A stretch of DNA of 64,000 nucleotides from the human T2T-CHM13v2.0 reference genome, Homo sapiens. This document shows, piece by piece, positions 61,201 to 64,000 of this stretch. The notes under the pieces were generated by a model, which did not search any database, was not told the DNA's origin, and was given only the letters and a program-made list of their open reading frames with translations. A program made the position numbers and the translations under genes. The stretch is from NCBI RefSeq assembly GCF_009914755.1, contig NC_060936.1; one strand, written 5' to 3'. The first letter of the stretch is position 1. Every line of letters starts with the position of its first letter.

Positions 61201-62411
61201 AATAGAAGAAGTTGGCAATACGACTGCAAATGGGGACAGTAAGAGCTAACTGTAAACTGGAAATGTCTGTATGAAATGATGTCAACTGGGGAAAAAAATT
61301 CCATCCATATGAATGTGACTTTGTAAAACTTACGCATGTGCTTTAAATACAAAAGTACTGAAACAAAGAACATTTTTTGCCAGATTTTGTGAGACATGTC
61401 TGTTCACGCTTATGACAATTGCAAGAGACACCATCCATTGAGCGTTTATGATGGCAGACGTGGGGCTGGTGCTCTGCACGTATCATCTCATTTAATCCTT
61501 ATAACAGCCCTGCCAAGTCTGTGGCATAGTTCTCATTTTACACACAAAAATATTGAACTAAGCCCTGAACTATGGCTCGGAGAAGAAAAATAGCTTCCCT
61601 AAGGGCATACAGCTGACAAAGAGAGGAACAAGATTCAAACTTGGGACTCCCTTGCTCCAGAGCCCAAATTCTTTCCTCTAAAATTAAGTAACTTAAATAA
61701 ATTTAACCCCCCTCAACAGCATCTTGCATGTTCTTGGTCCTCAGACATTAGTAAGATTGATCAGCCAAGTCACAGCAGTATTGTTCACTCGCTCTCTCCT
61801 GTCCATTTGGAACACATTACAATACAATAATGGAATTTAGGATTCTCAAAGAACGTGCCTGGCTTTTCATGTAAAGATCACCAATGCAAAACTGTGTTTT
61901 GTTTCTGTGTGTGCGTGTGTGTGCGCACGCGCGTGTGCATGCACCCAGGAGTATATCTAGATTTTATGGGCCTGAGGCTTACGGTTTGGGCAATATGAAT
62001 CTTTCTAGAACTCTTCCCAGGGACCTGCGCAAGTGAAGGGCCCCGAAGCTCACTAGCTTCATGGTACATCAGCCTCTGCACATGCGTGTGTTTACATGAA
62101 CTGTGTATGTATGCGTGAAGATAGATGGAGGAACCAACGAAAACCATGGTTCTTTGACCAGTAGGGCTCAGTTCCATTGAATAGTACAATAGAAATACTA
62201 GTTAGTACCAGTCACTGTGTTTCTTTTCTGGGAAGAGAGAGAAGATTTATTAAAAATCAAATGGGTTAAGAATTTTCTGAAAAATGCCCTTTGAATTTCA
62301 GCCATTAGCTAAGTTAGATATACAGTGCTGTGGCGCATGCTCTTTATTTTCAGTAGGCAAATAAATATAACATTTTTAAATATATTCTTTATCCCAGAGA
62401 CTGTTTTGGCG

Positions 62412-62715
<304 letters not shown>

Positions 62716-64000
62716 GATTCTTTTGTTAGTAACACCTTTTAGATGTGATCTCCTCCATATATGAAAATTGGAAGAATACATCAAGAGAGCAGGCTGGGTG
62801 TCGAGGAATGAAGGGACACTGGAAATGAAAGAAGATGGAGGGCTGTCTTCATTTACTTAGCAACCTGCTATAGACAAGACACATATTCTGTGTTACTTCA
62901 CAAGCCAAAACTAAGAACCAAAGTACAGGGATTGCAGGGGAAGCCAGATTCCACCTCAGCAGAGAAACTTTCTATCAACTAGAGCTGTCCAAAAATGGTT
63001 TGCTTGCGCCGTGACTGGCTACCCATCACTGGAAGTACCCAGCCAAAGCCACTTCTTTCTGGGAGAAGGGGAGGTGGGAGACTCTTAGTGAGCAAAGTTT
63101 GAGTCAATCTAGGAAACCTCTAGAATCCTGTCTAGATCTAATATTCCAAGTTATTACTGGGACACACTATCGCTGCCAATCATATGCTCACAGTGCACGC
63201 ACAGCAAGTGGTCCCCGTCCGCATGGTGGTGATGTGTTTTTGCTGAGCCAGCCGCATTCCCTGACGGAGCCCCTAGTTGCTGAGGAAACATGTCTGTGCA
63301 TGGACTGACTCAGCTAAGGCCACACTCCTGGGTCTTAGAACTAAGTTTTTTCGTGACCCAGTACCCAGGACCTCGGGTCCATGTTCCCACCCGTAGCCGC
63401 CTCATGGATAGCATTTAAGATAACTCCCAATACCTTATTAGTCTCCTAATAGGCTTCTGGTCTAGGTAGGAAACTGGCCGAGTCCACTTGACCCGCCCCT
63501 CCCCCTGCTTCCTCCTGCACACTCGGGAAGAACCCCTCTGACCCTGCTCCCTTGGCCAGCGTCAGTATGGGAGGCTGAAGCAAGCCCATGCAGAAGCCTG
63601 GGAGGTGTGCGGCAGACCACGTGTCAGACCCCCAGAGGCTTAGCCCACCAGGTCAGGATGAGACGTCCAGAGAACCCAAGACTAGGAGAGTGGCCTCAGT
63701 TAACCTTCTTTACCCTTTCTGGAAGGGGAACGTAAAGCTGGCCGTGACCCAGATATTCCTCTATTCTCCATGTGAGACCTCCTTAGAGATCTACACACCT
63801 GTCCCAAGCCACTATAATAATATCAGGAATAGTAATGATGGGAGTGTTTGTGGTGGTGGTGGTAGTGGTGGTGGTAGTAAAATCAATGACTAGTGTTTAC
63901 TGAGCTTTTCCTGTTTGCCTCACGCCATGATGAGCTTGTTACATAGACCATCTTATTGAATCGTTACAACGATCTCACAAGGTAGATGCCATCAACACTG

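Overview
Human-type (primate) genomic DNA inside the ETV6 (TEL) gene, with ETV6 on the + strand. The only coding sequence is the 165-nt exon 3 (52443-52607), which encodes most of the PNT/SAM oligomerisation domain. About 52 kb of intron 2 lies upstream and about 11 kb of intron 3 downstream. The rest is intronic and rich in repeats: about 22 Alus including an AluYa5, plus L1, L2, CR1, MIR, MER2, MER33, other hAT elements and MLT1. The other long ORFs appear spurious. Main observations: (1) a recent, about 98%-identical 245-bp inverted duplication of mostly non-repeat DNA (19272-19516 / 21446-21690), with palindromes at both inner junctions, predicted to form a near-perfect pre-mRNA duplex and an invertible 1.9-kb cassette; (2) two intronic elements 3 kb apart sharing a four-GGAA grammar built around the palindrome ACAGGAAATTTCCTGT, a candidate ETS/ETV6 autoregulatory or ETS-NF-kB module; (3) recursive-splice-like AG|GT motifs, other local duplications and enhancer-like motif clusters. 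Repeat family calls and boundaries come from recalled consensus sequences and are approximate.
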